From Macrostomum lignano (lineage: Eukaryota), in contig NIVC01001317.1 of NCBI GenBank assembly GCA_002269645.1, positions 124,001 through 188,000 of the forward strand: a stretch of DNA of 64,000 bases, in the 5' to 3' direction. The first letter of the stretch is position 1, and the number at the start of each line of letters is the position of its first letter. This document shows, one piece after another, positions 1 to 14,212 of this stretch. The position numbers and the translations under genes were made by a program. The notes beneath the pieces were generated by a model. It ran no database searches. It had not been told where the DNA came from and saw nothing but the letters and a program-made list of their open reading frames with translations.

Positions 1-3000
1 GCTCGTGCAATCCGGTCGTTTTCTAGTCGGAGTTTTCCGATCGGAATGTGACGCTAATATCCGACTAAATTACGATTAGGTTGTATTTTTCAGAATTTGC
101 TTTTGCATCGGCTAGCTTGCGTAAAAAATAAACAAATCGGTTTTCAAAGTGCTTAGCAAAATAATACATTATTTAAAATATTTTTCTGCCTGAAAAGTGA
201 AGCACAATAATGATTGGCTATTTAATTTACTCAATGCATTGTATATTATGCAATTATAAAGATTACAGTATGCAATTTCTGCACAACACGTCAAGAGAGT
301 AACTGTATTACATGTAGATGCAAGGAAACATAGAGAAAGAGCATAATAATGCAACATGCAGAAAATGAGCACCGAAACAAATAATAAGATACAGAAAACA
401 AATGCAGAATAATACGATATGATTGATGAAGAACACCTGAATGCAAAAAGCTAGCTAGCTAGATAAATGTTGTGAACCAAACGGCTGCATTATCAGTCAG
501 CAAACTTACAGCCAGAGTCAGCACATGCTTTGTCATCACAGGTGGCGGTGGCGGCAGAGGCGCAATTTCAGCTCTTCATTGTCGCGATTGCTTCCCCCAC
601 TGACACTCCACGATTGTTGGTCTGGAGCTCTTGCACTTTCAGACGCCATCGCAGAAGCTCTAAATGGCCTTTGATGCAATCCAGAGAACTCGGAGGATAT
701 GGTCCTGCATTGAGTAATTTAGAGAGTTAATGGCATGATCAGCAGACCAGTTGGGCACCTTCACTGTCATTAGAAAGATTTGGAAATAAAAAATAAGGAG
801 AATAGTTGTCTTCAGGCAAGGCAAGAAAAAACTTAACATTTGCGATCTTCTTTAAAACTGGTATGAAAGCAATTGGAATATACTATGAGAATAAAAACAC
901 AAAGAACACATACCCTTGAAGATCTCGCCAAAGTATGCTTGTACATATTCAAAGACAATTTGACCTTTGATCCTTGTTAGCTAGGCCTAGTCAGCTCTTC
1001 CAGGATCCTTTTCCCCAGTTTTGAACTGAACCTAGAGATCCCATCCATTATGTAGCAAACAGACTGTGGCACCTTTGCACTAATGCACCACATCTAGACC
1101 AGCAGTATCTGAAATAGAAGGAGAAGCCATTGATAAGATAATAATATAGAATGCTTAGTAAAGCTAGAACTAGGGGCCTAGTCTTAGTGTAACAGTGCCC
1201 TATGAAAACTAATATAAATAATATAAATAATAAAAAATTAATACTAGCATAATCTAAATGTAGAATCATATTTACTATTATAAAAAATATATTCTAAGGA
1301 CATAATGTCCTGAGTATTTTTTATCAAATTATCTCATTGACCTATTCTCTACTAGAACTTTCATTTGATATTGAGATATATAGTACTTTATTTATCTAAA
1401 TATACAAACTCTTTATATTTCTAAAGGCAAAATTAAAAGACCAAATTATTTTAAGTCTTAGCCAGGGTCCAGATTGTATAATAGTGTATGCCAGAACAAG
1501 AATCATATCTTAGCTAAATGTAGGCCAGTGTATGCCAAAAACAAAAAATTCCTTAAAAAAGTATACTAAAAAGTCACTTAAAAAGGTCATTTGGTTTTTA
1601 CAGGTTGAGTTTCCTAAGAAAAGTTTTCTTTAAAATATTATAAATATTTTCATTTTAAACAAACTTAATTATACTTAATTATTAATTTTTAATAATAATT
1701 TTACTAAATTAATTTATTTTTAATTTTAACGAAGCAAAACACTATTACTGACTTTCTTGAATATACAAATTTTCCTTTATTTTAGGCCTATATAAAAACA
1801 TAAATTTACATTGAACTTTTCATGCTCAACATGAGTTTATTCACTGAAATTTGTAGGCCAACTGCCAAAAAATATATAAGTTTGTATACCAAAATTTATA
1901 TGCAAACTTTAAAACGAGTGATTTGCATACCCAAATTTTCTGGCATATATGTAACATTCCAGAGTCAGGAGTCTTAGAGTTCTAGAGTTCTAGACATAGA
2001 AATGTTTTATAAGCAAGTGTAAATAGCTAGGCCTATTGACATGTGGCCTATATTATTTACTTATTAGTCTATAAATCATAAGTTAATAATTCTTTATTAT
2101 AGGCCTATTACTAAAAATGTCTTATCTAAAAGCAAATTATAATATACAATTGTAAACTATAGACATTATTCAATTACTTTGCTTAAATGCCTTAGCCTAA
2201 ACAAATGTCTATTGATTATTAGGTATATATTATTATAATATTGAGTAGGCCCTAAACCTAATAAGACACACTAAATGTCTAAAGTAAGTGTAACTAGGGC
2301 CTGGCCTGGCCAAGGCCCTATATTTTTAGATTCAATGGCCAAAAGCCTAAAACTAGGTAGTATTAATTTCATATATATGAAAAACAAGATATAAGTTGTA
2401 GTTGTAGTTAAAACTTAAATGAAAAAACAAAGCCAACTGCTTTAAAAACAATCTTGAGAAAAATGTGTAGCAGAATAGGCTAGGCCTAGTAAAGTAAGAA
2501 TTGCAATAGGAGTAAGCCTAGGAGTATTGCAATTAGCAATAGTTAATAAGATAGTGGCTAGGCATTAAGCAGGTTTTTAATAACTTTTTGCAGAGGCTAG
2601 TGCCAGTGGAAAGACGCTATAAGCAAATATATGTTACAATATTTCAACAAAAAGGTTATAGAGAGGATCAGGGTAAAAATAAATCGCTTTTTAAATACTT
2701 TCGATATAAATTGGATGGCCAGCATTTTATTGTAGCATCAAAACAAAAACCGAATTATTGTAGTAATTTTTTTGTATCATAAAAGTATATTCTGCACATA
2801 CTGGCAATACATAAAAGCAAGAAAACACGTTTAGTACAGCACATGCGTTATGAATATGACTGTATCGGAAACTAGGAAGAAAAATGAGTACAAATTCCGA
2901 TTGGAAGAAGAAGAGACGGTTTCCGACTAATTTCCGATTGCGCAAATATACCTCGAAAAAGATTTTCTTGAATTACTTGATACTTTTTATCATAGTAACG

Positions 3001-3109
3001 TATTATATAAAACAAAATATAGTGGTTTAAACCTTTTCCGGCAAATTCCGACTACCGATTAAATTCCGTCCAGATTCCAATCGAATTCCAACTACCCTTT
3101 TTTACTGGG
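1..3109. mobile_element. Probable right portion of a non-autonomous TIR DNA transposon ending ...TTTTTACTGGG (CCC..GGG termini, CMC/EnSpm-like); left end outside the window
   Basis: Clusters of short ccgact/ccgatt/ttccga motifs at 1-80 and 2860-3095 resemble subterminal repeats. The terminus TTTTTTACTGGG at 3098-3109 is similar in style to the element at 45035-48721. No intact ORF. Confidence 0.3.
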
Positions 3110-4202
3110 ATATAAGTTTGGAGGCTTCGAGGGTTCCATGCACTGCTCAAGGCTTCTTTAGTTGTGATGAATTTTTTTCGTTGATTGGGGTAGTACGTAC
3201 GCTTGTAATCGAATAAGTACTACGATATATTTGCGTGGATAGACGCGGGCAAAGTGGTCTACGCATTTTACGTGTTTTATGTGTAGTGTCTCAAGCTGAA
3301 TCAATTATCATCACACAATATACTAAATCTTAACTTTTTTACTTCTGTCTGTCATGATATGTCGGTCTTATTTTTTATGGCTCATTCAAAGCAGAGTCAG
3401 CTGGAACACATGCATGCGAAGTGGTGCAAGACTGACTGCTACAATCTATTAAAAATGAGTACGTCTTGTAGATCGAGCTCTTCTCGGGTGTACACTCAAG
3501 GACACTGGTATACTACTATTTGCATACTACTATACAGTTGTGATCCTTGTGTACAATGCGTATTGCTCTGAGCGAATCCCTACATTCATAAATAAAAAAA
3601 ATAATAAATAAAATAAAGGTCTCGAATTTCTACGTTCAGATATTCACTAGTTTGAGCACTTGCGTATCTTTAAAGCATGCGATCGCCTTAATTTGTAATT
3701 TAATTTGCTCAATACGACATTTGGAAAATTTCTAAACCTTTCAATAAATTTACGACCGTGTAATCTCTCTGTCAAGGAGGTATGATAAGTAAAATCCATC
3801 AGGAAACAATTTTGAGCTTCTGCTTTTGCACTCTTTTTAAGAATTAAGTAATTCTTTACAAACTACATGTATATATACTGGTCGCGCGGCCTATATACCG
3901 CTCAGACGTCGGGAACCAAGAGCAAGCGTAACACAATGGCCGTCCACACGGTGCGCGGTCATTTTGTCTGCAGCCTTTTCGTCTGCCGGCAGACAAAACG
4001 ATTAAAAGAAAAATTAAAATATAGCTGCATAACTTGTAAAACTATTTTTATAATGAGATATTGTGAGTCATGCAAAGAGTTATAGTGAGATGTCTTTTTG
4101 TATGCGTAATTTTGTTTGTCGCAACATTTGAAAGAAATATTATATTTAATTAATTTAATTTAAACATACGCATGCTAACGCCAGGTCAACACGTTAGTAG
4201 TA

Positions 4203-7200
4203 GGGCGGGTCGTTCGCAAATTCTAGGAGGAGCAAAAATTTTAACAATTTTCCGAACATTTACTATTGTTACTGCCATATTGAAAATAATAGGACACTTT
4301 TATCTGTGAATAAAGATAATTTTTGGGTTGAACTTTATCATGCAAAAGTGTTTTTAATCATCTGGAGGTATTAAGCGATAATTAGCGATGAAAAAATTCA
4401 AATTCAATCATTTTACCGATGTTAATTTTTGATTACTACAAGATGTCTGTAGCTAAAAAAAGTTGTTGTTGTGTTGAAACCTTGCTATATTACATTTAAA
4501 ATGAAAGCTTATATAAATTTAATTTAAGATTTTTTTAAAGCTTAATAAACTGCGCTATAAATTATTTTATAGACGCTTAACTGTACGCCTAGCATTTCCG
4601 GTGGGATAGCCTCTTCTCATCTCACAAAATGTATTTTTCAGCTGACGTCTAGAATGTGCGCTTAAAATGATACATTTTGATGCAGATAATTAGAAAAACA
4701 TGTCTTATTATCTTTTTGTAAAAAATTGTTATGAAATAGAGCACTATTGTTGATAAAAATAATTAAAAGCAACCATGCATCGCAATAAACTCCTACTTTG
4801 AAGCACAAAATAAATATCCTGTAACCACACTAGCATTCTCCATGGAGCACCTTTTGAGCTGAAATTTTACACAGATATCCAGTAAAGTAAACTGAGCAAA
4901 TGATTTTTTTGTTTATGAAAATACTTCAATTTGGCTATGTATCAGTTAGTTCATTGGACATATTTATTATATTTTTATTAGAATCCTTGTAACCAAGCTA
5001 CAGAGAAACATGTGCAAAACTGGACCTTGAAATTTGACCTGAATGATCAGCGAATGTGTATCTCGAAATGATTTTTTTTGTTTTCATCAAGTCATTCTAT
5101 GCTAATTTTTTCTGAAGGGAAAGATACCATATATTTAAAGTCAATAGGGGAAGCATTTAGACTTATTCAATAGTCATTAAAATTGCAACTATATTATTAT
5201 AATATAGTAATACTATTATACATGTATTATATAGTAATATTAACTTCTAAGATGCCCTTATAAATTTAATTAAAGACAACAGGCCTTAATTAATTAATCA
5301 GCATTTTGAAGAAACTGACCTTATACAGATGGGCCCCAAGCTAAGAAATGAATGTAGAGCTTATTTCGTGTAAGGTATAAAAATCAATTTATTATAATAT
5401 TAAATACTCCTAATAAATTGGTTAAATTAGTTATTTACCTTGAATTAATTTAATTTAATAATTAAATATATAAATTTGTTTCACTTCTTACTGCATTTAA
5501 ATAGAGTACCTCTCTACTATACTATAGAAGTATAGTAAAAGTATATGGTAAAAAAGTATAGTAAAAAATTTTCTTTAGTTTAATCCCAGCTTGCCTCAGT
5601 TTTTTAGTCTTAATACGAGCTAGATAGTAAGTGTTGATTAATTTGCTCCATCACCTTTTGCCACGGAAACAGCACATGTCGGACATGCAACACTCTTCCT
5701 GATCCCTGGATTCAAGATGACTGCTTCTGCTTCTTCAATGCTTGAAAACTGAGCTCATGGAGCTTTAGGTTATGCTGTCAGAGTGCTGCTGCCGGTGCTG
5801 TGTGTGTATGTGTGTGTCTTCTGCGGGTAGGTTCCCTGTCCCTCAGTTTAGCCACTGTTGTGGGCTAACTGGAGGAATTGCTGTTGTCGGTGCTGCAGGT
5901 GGCACTGCATGGTAGTATTGACGCTGTCAGTGACGCTGGCAAAGGCTTGGACAAAGCTAGGTGCCGTCATTGTCAGGAGGACATGCGTGTGCTGCTTAGA
6001 CCAGTGCGCACATTCGACTGGACTTGTATCTGGTGCAGTCTGGTGTATTCACTGAGATTGTGTGGATCTGCCTCCTCGCATCACCTCAACCAGGCTCAAT
6101 TTCTTTTGTAGAATTTTCGTGCGCTGCTTAACTGCATCTTGTGCCTGCTGAGTGATGCCAAGAATTGTGCCACACAATAATTTGGCCCATAAACTACGAG
6201 CTACTCGTATATTATACATATGTATGCACAGCACACACACACGCTGTTCATTCATATTAAATGTACTAGTTAATGGAATTCTCATCTCATGAGCTCTAGT
6301 CTATGGACAAACCTGAAATTACTAGAATATCTAGATAGATCTAAACTTCTTTGAGCAGCGCGTTGCGCTGCGAGCAAAATACATGTAGATTCCTTAGCGC
6401 AACTAATTAATAGTGTAGTACAGTCTACAGCCTGAAGTAGCCTGTGTAAGATGCGGAGGGATGATTTTTGCATAGGAAGCCACTACGGTAAGGTTGATGG
6501 AACTATGGGGAGGTGAGAGATTCAAAGCGAGGGACGGAAGCCATGCATAGTTCGATCATAAGTTTGATTATTCCATGAGTCTGGGGATGCATTAACGAGA
6601 GGCGGACGAGAGCATAGAAATAAAGCGGGCTAAATATATTAATACACAAAATTACATGTACTAGCTAGTAATTTCAGAATGGTCAGCGACTCCTCCGATT
6701 TGTATCCGCGACCGCGTGCCCACAAATCCCCCGGCAGACCCTGTCGCAGTTGGTGGTTGTGCACAGAATACAATGTTAATTTTCGAGCTTCTCTGCAAAA
6801 AATGCGTGATGCACTCAAGATGCGTGCTATAGTCTACTTCTTTGATTGATGGCTGGGTTTTGCCTTTTCGCTTGTGATCATCAAAAGCTTGGGCGTCATT
6901 GCTACTGGTGTTTCAGTGTGCGCATTATGTCTGGTTATCATATTATGTGCATGTGCAGTGTCTTTTACCTACATTTTTGTTTGTCTCTGTTTCCTGCATG
7001 CTCTTTCGCATTTTTACACCTCGCACACCCTCATTTTTCTCAATTAACAAGTGAAATCTTTTTTTAAAGACTAACTGCTATTTTAGTTAAGCTAGTAGGT
7101 TTTTGGTAATTAAATAATTCAATTTTGTCTATTTTCCAAAAAGTTTCAAAAAATGAATTGATTAAAATAAATTTGAATTATTTTAAGTTAATTGGAGTAA

Positions 7201-8015
7201 AATGTCTAATAAGTAACTATAATTTTTTATTTTAAGTACATGCAGCTTTGGTATAAGTATTAATGTAATAAGTACTTAAAGTAAAATCAAGCAAGTTATA
7301 GTTTTCAGAAATTATGCTACAAATAATCAAATATATACTAGAATCCGAATTCCTTTATTAAGGAACATGCAGTTGATATTAAATCCACAATGTGCTTTTT
7401 GGTGTTCAAGGATAGTTCCCTGACTTTTTCTATTATTAGTTAGATTTTATTATATTTAATGTAAAAATGAACAATTCTATTCACCGTAAAAATGAACATT
7501 CTTTATTTGTCGAATCATCTTGACTTTGAAAAGATACATAGTGAAAACTTGATTTTTAATTCAACTTTTCAAGACTTATTTAGACTTCTTAATTCAGTGA
7601 TTAGTTAAACTGATCGAAGTCCTTTCGAGTGCATGCTATAATAATTTCGCACTTTTTCGCACACGATAATTTTAAATGTCTGGGATTTAGAGCAGAGTAA
7701 CAAAATGCTGTGCTCAAAAACATTTCCTTTGTCAATTTCTTGTTCTTTTATTTTTGCAAAAGAAATTTAACTGCATATTTAAAATAAAAATAGAAGAAAA
7801 TTTTATTTTCTCTTTAATATTTTTGTCGTTTATTTTCCGCAACAAAGAATAACAAATAGCCTTGATTTCTTCTCAATTTCAAGTTTTCTTGTGGTTTTAG
7901 TAGCAGCTTCTTACAGAAATTGTCGAAATAATTTTTTTTGTACGATTATTGGTCGATGTATAAACTTTTTTTGCAATAACAAAAAGTTGTGACCTAGCTT
8001 TGAGAACGACCCGGG
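4203..8015. mobile_element. Possible degenerate TIR-bounded element
   Basis: gggcgggtcgttcgcaaattctagg (4203-4227) is an imperfect inverse of cctagctttgagaacgacccggg (7993-8015). A related motif ggcggggtcgttctcaaa occurs at ~47527. No TSD or transposase seen. Confidence 0.25.
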
Positions 8016-8911
8016 CTCTCGCGGATGCGGATGTATTGGTTTCGCGACAGACATTCAGACAGACATTCAGAAATCCTTCAGTAAATGTTTAAAAAAATTG
8101 TCTAGTTAGTAGTACTCAAGATAAAATGAATTTTTAGACATTTTTACGCACGTCTCTATAGTCTATTTTAAAAAGACACCTCAGACACCAACAAAGACGC
8201 CTCACAACACAAGCCGAGATATTCCCTAGCAACGGTTGTTCCGACGTTTCCCAATATACCGAATACTGTTATATAATCGTTTTTTGAGAAGCCGCTACAT
8301 CGTCGCACTTTGCTCTTTCTGTATGAAAATTGCACAACTCGCGGATAGTCTAACGAAAGAATGCCCATAAAATATATTCATTGGGCCATGTCTTTAACTT
8401 GCGCGAGTTTAAATATTTATTTGCAATAACTCAAGTCAAAGACGTCATTATTTTTTGTTAAATAATTAAATGTGCAAAACTAGAGGATTCCTAAGATTTG
8501 TATATTAAGATTTGCACATAGAACTTTTCTACCAAGATTTTCCCACAGTGCATTTGATTTTGCCTGTGAGTAGGGCCTAGGCCTAAATTGTCCATTGCCT
8601 GCCAAGAATTGCCTATTAAAATTTACCTACAGTTCATTTTGTAAGCAAGTGAATTGCCTATAACTTATAAGCAAATTGCTTGCCAAGTTTTTCTGGCATT
8701 CTTTCATTTTACAATCCCTAAGCAAGTCAAGTTTCATCTTACAATCCCCATTAAAAAAGAGTCAAAAGACACTACTTTATCAAAAAAGTATGTTTCACAT
8801 ATATTTTTTAAGAAAAATCATTGCAACTCACTTTCCAGTCAACCTAATTCATCACTACAACTTGCTTTTTAGTCAACTTGAGGATCGTGGGTATAGCAGT
8901 TATGAAAGCAT

Positions 8912-9776
8912 GTAGCTTATATTCATTTTTGTTATATGATCATTTAAATGGTGAAATTATATGTAGATGATCGCAAGACAAACCCAAAAGAGCTTGTAGG
9001 TTTTGAATTACTATTACTGCATTAGTAGAATTGTATTAGAGGGATTGTATGACGAAAGTAAATAGATTACTACGTCCTAAATTGCTGTATTAAGTAATCA
9101 TTGTCACTATATAGACAAGGAGTCCTAGTCCATGTCAAACAGCCAGTCCTTTGAGCAGTTCAAGAATTAAATTGTATTGATTATAAGGTTTGCAAGTGCC
9201 ACCCCCTTACTTTTGTCATACAATCCCCCCCAGTTCATTGGACCTATGTGTTATACATACGGGTGATCGTATGACAAAAGTGAGGGGGGGGGGCAATGCT
9301 TGCGAATCTTATAATGAATCTTATAATTTAATATGTCTGTGGACATATTAGAGGCTACAATTGATTGTTTGGTTAAAACGTTTATTATAGTGACAATTTC
9401 CTACCATTTCATCATATAATCTCTCCAATACAATTTTACTATTGGTGTGATCGTAAGTCAAAATCTATAAGCTCTTTCGGTTTCATCTTGCAATCATTTA
9501 CATATAATTTTACCATTTAAATGATCGTATGACAAAAGTGAATATAAGCTATGCCCTTCATAAATATACTATGTACGCCTATATTTCAGTGCTCTATAGT
9601 GACAATTTCAATTTAGGACACAGTAATCCAGTCAATTTTGTTATACAATCTCTCTAATACAAATCTACTACTAGTGTGATTATAATTCAAAACCTACAAG
9701 CTCTTTTGGTTTCGTCTTGGGATCATCTGCATATAAATTTACCATTTAAATGATCATATAACAAAAGTGAATATAA
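8912..9776. repeat. Foldback/palindromic element with a tandemly duplicated arm
   Basis: 8912-9112 is the reverse complement of both ~9385-9551 and ~9596-9776. An inner inverted pair lies at ~9165-9230 and ~9260-9335. Confidence 0.7.
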
Positions 9777-9889
9777 GGACAGGCTTCTAACTTCTATAAG
9801 ACACAAGATTTTATGTAAAAATGATATGCTTAGAAGTGGTAGTCATGTGACTACTATTCCGTCCAATAGTGACTTACATGTATGTGTTG

Positions 9890-10580
9890 CCAATAGAAAT
9901 GGCCAAGTGAATCCCTAGGTTGCACCCAAACATAAGTAACATGACTACAAGGGCTACTTCAGTCTAATTTTACTAGTTGTTATAGACCATGACTACTGTT
10001 TTCTCATGGTTGATATCAAAAATTGCAGTTTGTCAAATGACACCATGTCATTCCATAATTCAAAGTTTTGAATTCAACTAGAATCTAGAACATTTCCATG
10101 ATCTGAACCAAAGTTGTTAGCTGTCAGTGGTGGAGATATACCACATGTGCTCATTGGAGATAAGGCTTTTCTCTATAGGACTACCTGATAAGACCATTCC
10201 CAGGCTGAAACCTGAGTTATGAAAAGACTATCTTCAATTACCAACTGAGTCAAGCCTGAAGAGTTGTTGAGAACACTTTTAGAATTCTGGCATAGAAGTG
10301 GCAGATTTTCCAGAGACCTATCCAGCTCAGCCCAACAATAGCTGCAAGGGTTGTAAAGGTGGCTTGCATGCTATATAATTTTGTGCGGATCTACGAGGCT
10401 TCCAGACAGGAGTCCCCAATTGCTCAAGAGCTGCCGCAGCAAGTAGTCCAAAGTACATTTGCTGCAAACAATATTGATGGCTGGTGTGGCAATGTCTTAT
10501 GATCAGCAAAGGACACACAAGCCTGGTTTGTGGAATTTTTCATGTCAGATGAGGACTTTGTGCCATGGCAATGGCAAATG
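9890..10580 (+). pseudogene. PIF/Harbinger DDE transposase remnant (stops and frameshifts)
   Basis: Hand translation across frames gives HDYKGYFSLILLVVIDHDYCFLMVDI, PHVLIGDKAF, YLIRPFPG, EKTIFNYQLSQA-RVVENTFRILA-KWQIFQRPIQLSP, VACMLYNFVR and FFMSDEDFVPWQ. These match Harbinger (DDE_Tnp_4) motifs. Confidence 0.8.
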
Positions 10581-11096
10581 CAAAGTATTCATTGAGAGTG
10601 ACAATTCAAATATTTCTCTTAGGGACCATGAGAATCACTATTGCTGCGTAACAATTGTTGCAGGCAGCAATGTTTGATAATGACTAATAAATTTTGATAT
10701 TTTTTTAATTGTGAACTTTGAAGTTGGTTGGATATTTAACATACATGTGCAACCTCCAAAATTCGGTCGGCCGTGCAACTTAGTTTTAACAATAATGCGA
10801 CGTAGTTTTTTGGCCAAAAATTTGACTTACATGTAAAAGAAACCCTAAAGCAAAATTATCGCAATTTTGGGTAAACAGCAGGAGTAACTATAACTGTCTT
10901 AATAAAGGTAAATGCCTCGTCATCTACTTAGTACTACTTGGGTATTTATTTGGGTGGGCATTTTTGCAACTTACCTTGGTTGGTCACCAAATCAGTCAGC
11001 CAGATTGGCCAACTCGGCTGACTGTTGTGCATGTATCTATTTAATTGCAGTGTATTATTCTTTTTTGTGTTTTTGACTAATGGTCAAAAATGAACA

Positions 11097-11231
11097 ATTT
11101 TCTCAGAATTCAAATTTGCTATATCATTAACCCTATTTAGCATATTGCCCAAAATTCTGGGCATATGCAGATGTACTGCATACTAGGGTTAACAGGGTTA
11201 ATGATATAGCAAATTCAAATTCTGAGAAAAT
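11097..11231. mobile_element. ~135-bp MITE-like palindrome
   Basis: Near-perfect ~36-bp terminal inverted repeats: ttttctcagaattcaaatttgctatatcattaaccc ... gggttaatgatatagcaaattcaaattctgagaaaa. Confidence 0.7.
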
Positions 11232-11839
11232 GAAGAAACTACTAATTAAAAATGTTCTACTAATTAAAAATATACTATATTTAAGAACTTAAAACAAAGA
11301 AAAATACTATTCCAACTATTGCCAGTCTCTTGAAATTTAACTGACAAGTCTTTTCAATTGTATTTTGTTAAATAGACTACTTTAGTTGTGGAGTCAAATG
11401 TAGTCATAGCTAGCAGCAAGGGCTTGCCACTTCAATTGGATCCTGGCCATTGATTGAATGCTATTGATTTTGGCATTCTTCGAGTTTGTCAATAGATGCA
11501 AACAGTCCCAAGATTTTAAGTTGCATTCAAGAGCTTTGTGGACAACTCAGGCACCCCAGTTTTGCTGCAAACATGCAACCAAACAAGGCATTTTCATCAT
11601 TGGCCTCTTCACTTGCCTTGACTAGAAGTTTGGTCAGCTGTTTATCTGTCAACTTGCATTAATTTCTATCAGAACTGCTTCTTGCAAGTTGATGTTTTTT
11701 CCATGGAGATGATTCCTTTTGCTTCATTAAGATGTCTTGGGACACCTGGATAATGTCAGACTTGCAGCAGTTGCAGCAGTTGAACATTGGCCACTTGGAG
11801 TCATATACTTCTTGGCTCCCTGCGCTGCTTTTGACTATT

Positions 11840-12050
11840 TGTCAACATTTGGCCTTTTCACAATTGTAGCAATCACAAATGCTGCTTCTTCCTTGCCACA
11901 GCTTCTTGAGCTCCAGTTCATCTCTTCTAGCTCCATCTTCACCCTTCAAGGCAAGCAAAATGCTTTCCCACATTTCGTCCTTCTTCTTCGAATTTTGATA
12001 ATTTGGGTGGCCAAGGTTGTACAAAACAGGATTCTCCTAAACCTTCAATA
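11840..12050 (-). pseudogene. MADF (Myb/SANT-like) DNA-binding protein remnant, the Harbinger accessory gene
   Basis: ENPVLYNLGHPNYQNSKKKDEMWESI..LKKLW fits the MADF pattern. It is convergent with the transposase remnant, as is typical of two-gene Harbingers. Confidence 0.65.
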
Positions 12051-14212
12051 CCAATGGCTCCAGTGGCAACTAACAAGCTTGTTCCTTGTGTTCGCACTAG
12101 CTACTTGCACTACTCAATCTCAGGTGATCAAGAATAATAAAAAAGTTAATAACTTGACTCATGTGCTGACCAATCAATTTCTATGCAGCAGTCAGACTAG
12201 GGGGAGGGTTACTCAAATAGAAAGGTTTGAGTTGAGTTTTGTGCATTGCATCACTCTGTGTTATGTAAGAGAAAAGGCAGTCAATGTGCAATGCTTTTGT
12301 TGATCAACTGGCCTTTGTTTGATTATCTTTTTGTCATCAAATCAGAAATTTTGTAAGTTGGCTCAAATTTTAATTGTTAATTTCAAAATTCAGCAATTCT
12401 GTATGATCAAGTGAGTTGTGTAATTTGGTCTCTAATTTGATTGCAGTGTGAATAAGCCTTTAGTATTTTTATATAGGCTGCTCGCATTCTGAATGCCAGA
12501 TCTACCATTTTATCTGTTTCAAACTGTAGAGCACCAAGATATAGCCACTATAGCAATGGCTATAGTCAATTGCTGTCTATTGTGCAGAATTTCCTTGTCC
12601 TACTCTTATTTAACTTGAATCTTGAAAACTATTTGCCATCATTCTTATAGCCAGACAAGTAGAAGCTACAGTTTTTCCAGTCACACCTTCTTGGCTACTA
12701 ATTAAAACAGTAGTGATTGTAGCAATTTTGTCTAATGACCTGTTTTGCTATACCATATAAGGATGGACCCAGTCAAGCAAATTTTGACTATAAACTTCTT
12801 TTGAAATGTTTTGTAGCTAAAATACATTGGCTTTGCGATTACATTTTCTTGAGTAACTTTGATGAAGCCATTTTCTGCATTATTTGTATATGAGCACATT
12901 TCAATCTTGCAAATCACAAACAAATCTATTAACTGTTATCCTCTGACCTTGATTTATACTAAGCTTTTTATTTGGTGTGCCATTTTTTGCAATGGTATGC
13001 ACTCTACACAGGTTGGTAAGACTTGGCATTTTAATATAGATACAAATGGGTTCTATGAACCACCATTTTAAATATGTTTCTTAAAAAGAAGCCATTTAAG
13101 AATCTTATAATAAAGCATATTTTTATAAAAAAAATAAGAATTTTTTCCTATATTGGCAGCTTATAAAACATAAGCAATATAAAAAAATTATTTTACTTTT
13201 ACCCTATAGTAAGAGAAAACTATTAAACTGAGTAGCTCATATATATTGAGTGGGAAGGTTTTATTGTGACAGCTTTTGTGTGTCTTAAGCTAATATCACA
13301 CTTGACATTTAGTGAATTAATTAATTATTAATTGGACTAGGTGTCTCAATACCTTAAAATAGCTTCATATTTTCACTAAGCTTTAGCCCTTTGTAATATA
13401 ATTTATGTTTTAATAGGCCTATTGGCTTATGTTTTATTAACTAGATCTAAAATTAAGTTGTAGTTTATTTGGACCTAACCTTGCTAAATAGCCAAAGATA
13501 ATACAAAAGTGAAATATAGAATACTTGTTAGTAAACAACTTTTTCAGTTAGTTAAAAATGCTAGTTGCTATGTAGCCTTATAATTATTGTATCCAATTCA
13601 ATGACTATAAATCCTGTGACAAATACCCATTCTTTTGCTCTTATATTATTGCAATCAGTGAGACTATAACTATATCTATTATATTTCGACTATATTCATT
13701 GTTATATCAATATGAAATTATGACAAATAACTTCACTAAACATGAAATTTAATTGCTAGTTTCTACGAGCATAGCTACCTAACAAATGAATTGGTAGGAA
13801 TACAATAAGCCAGTCCTGACAAATTTCTATATAAAACCCTTGTAAGGTCTGTCTGTCTATCTGTATTTTTTCAATCTACTAAAGTAGGTAATTCTACTAA
13901 TAAGGTACTAAGATATTGCTGGTCCATTGTTGATAATATTTTAGTGATATTTTAGCTCCATTGGCAAGATCTTTTAGGGAAAAAATTTAATTAGAGAGGA
14001 AGAGAGGCAACTTACACAGGTGTTTTAGCATGACATTTATATGTACCACTAAACATCTCAGGTTCAAGCCCTGTGTACTGCTTACAGTAGTAATCACACA
14101 ATATTAGAAAAGTAAAACTAACCAATTTTCGCAATCTTCCTTTCTCTCTTGCAGCAGTCAAGTGCCTTGCCTTTTTCCTGTCTTAATTGATCAGCTCAAC
14201 ACACACTGGCCA

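Noticed and set aside
3867-4085. Cys-rich ORF as a piggyBac C-terminal domain
   Set aside because: Only two CxxC-like pairs, no upstream DDD transposase, and no TTAA/TIR context.
5640-6473. GC-richer minus-strand segment as a gene
   Set aside because: Multiple stops, no recognisable motif and no consistent splice model; probably decayed transposon cargo.
11737-12303. 188-aa + strand ORF
   Set aside because: Antisense shadow of the MADF remnant, with no recognisable family.
12480-13080. Possible reverse-transcriptase remnant
   Set aside because: No diagnostic motif could be read with confidence.
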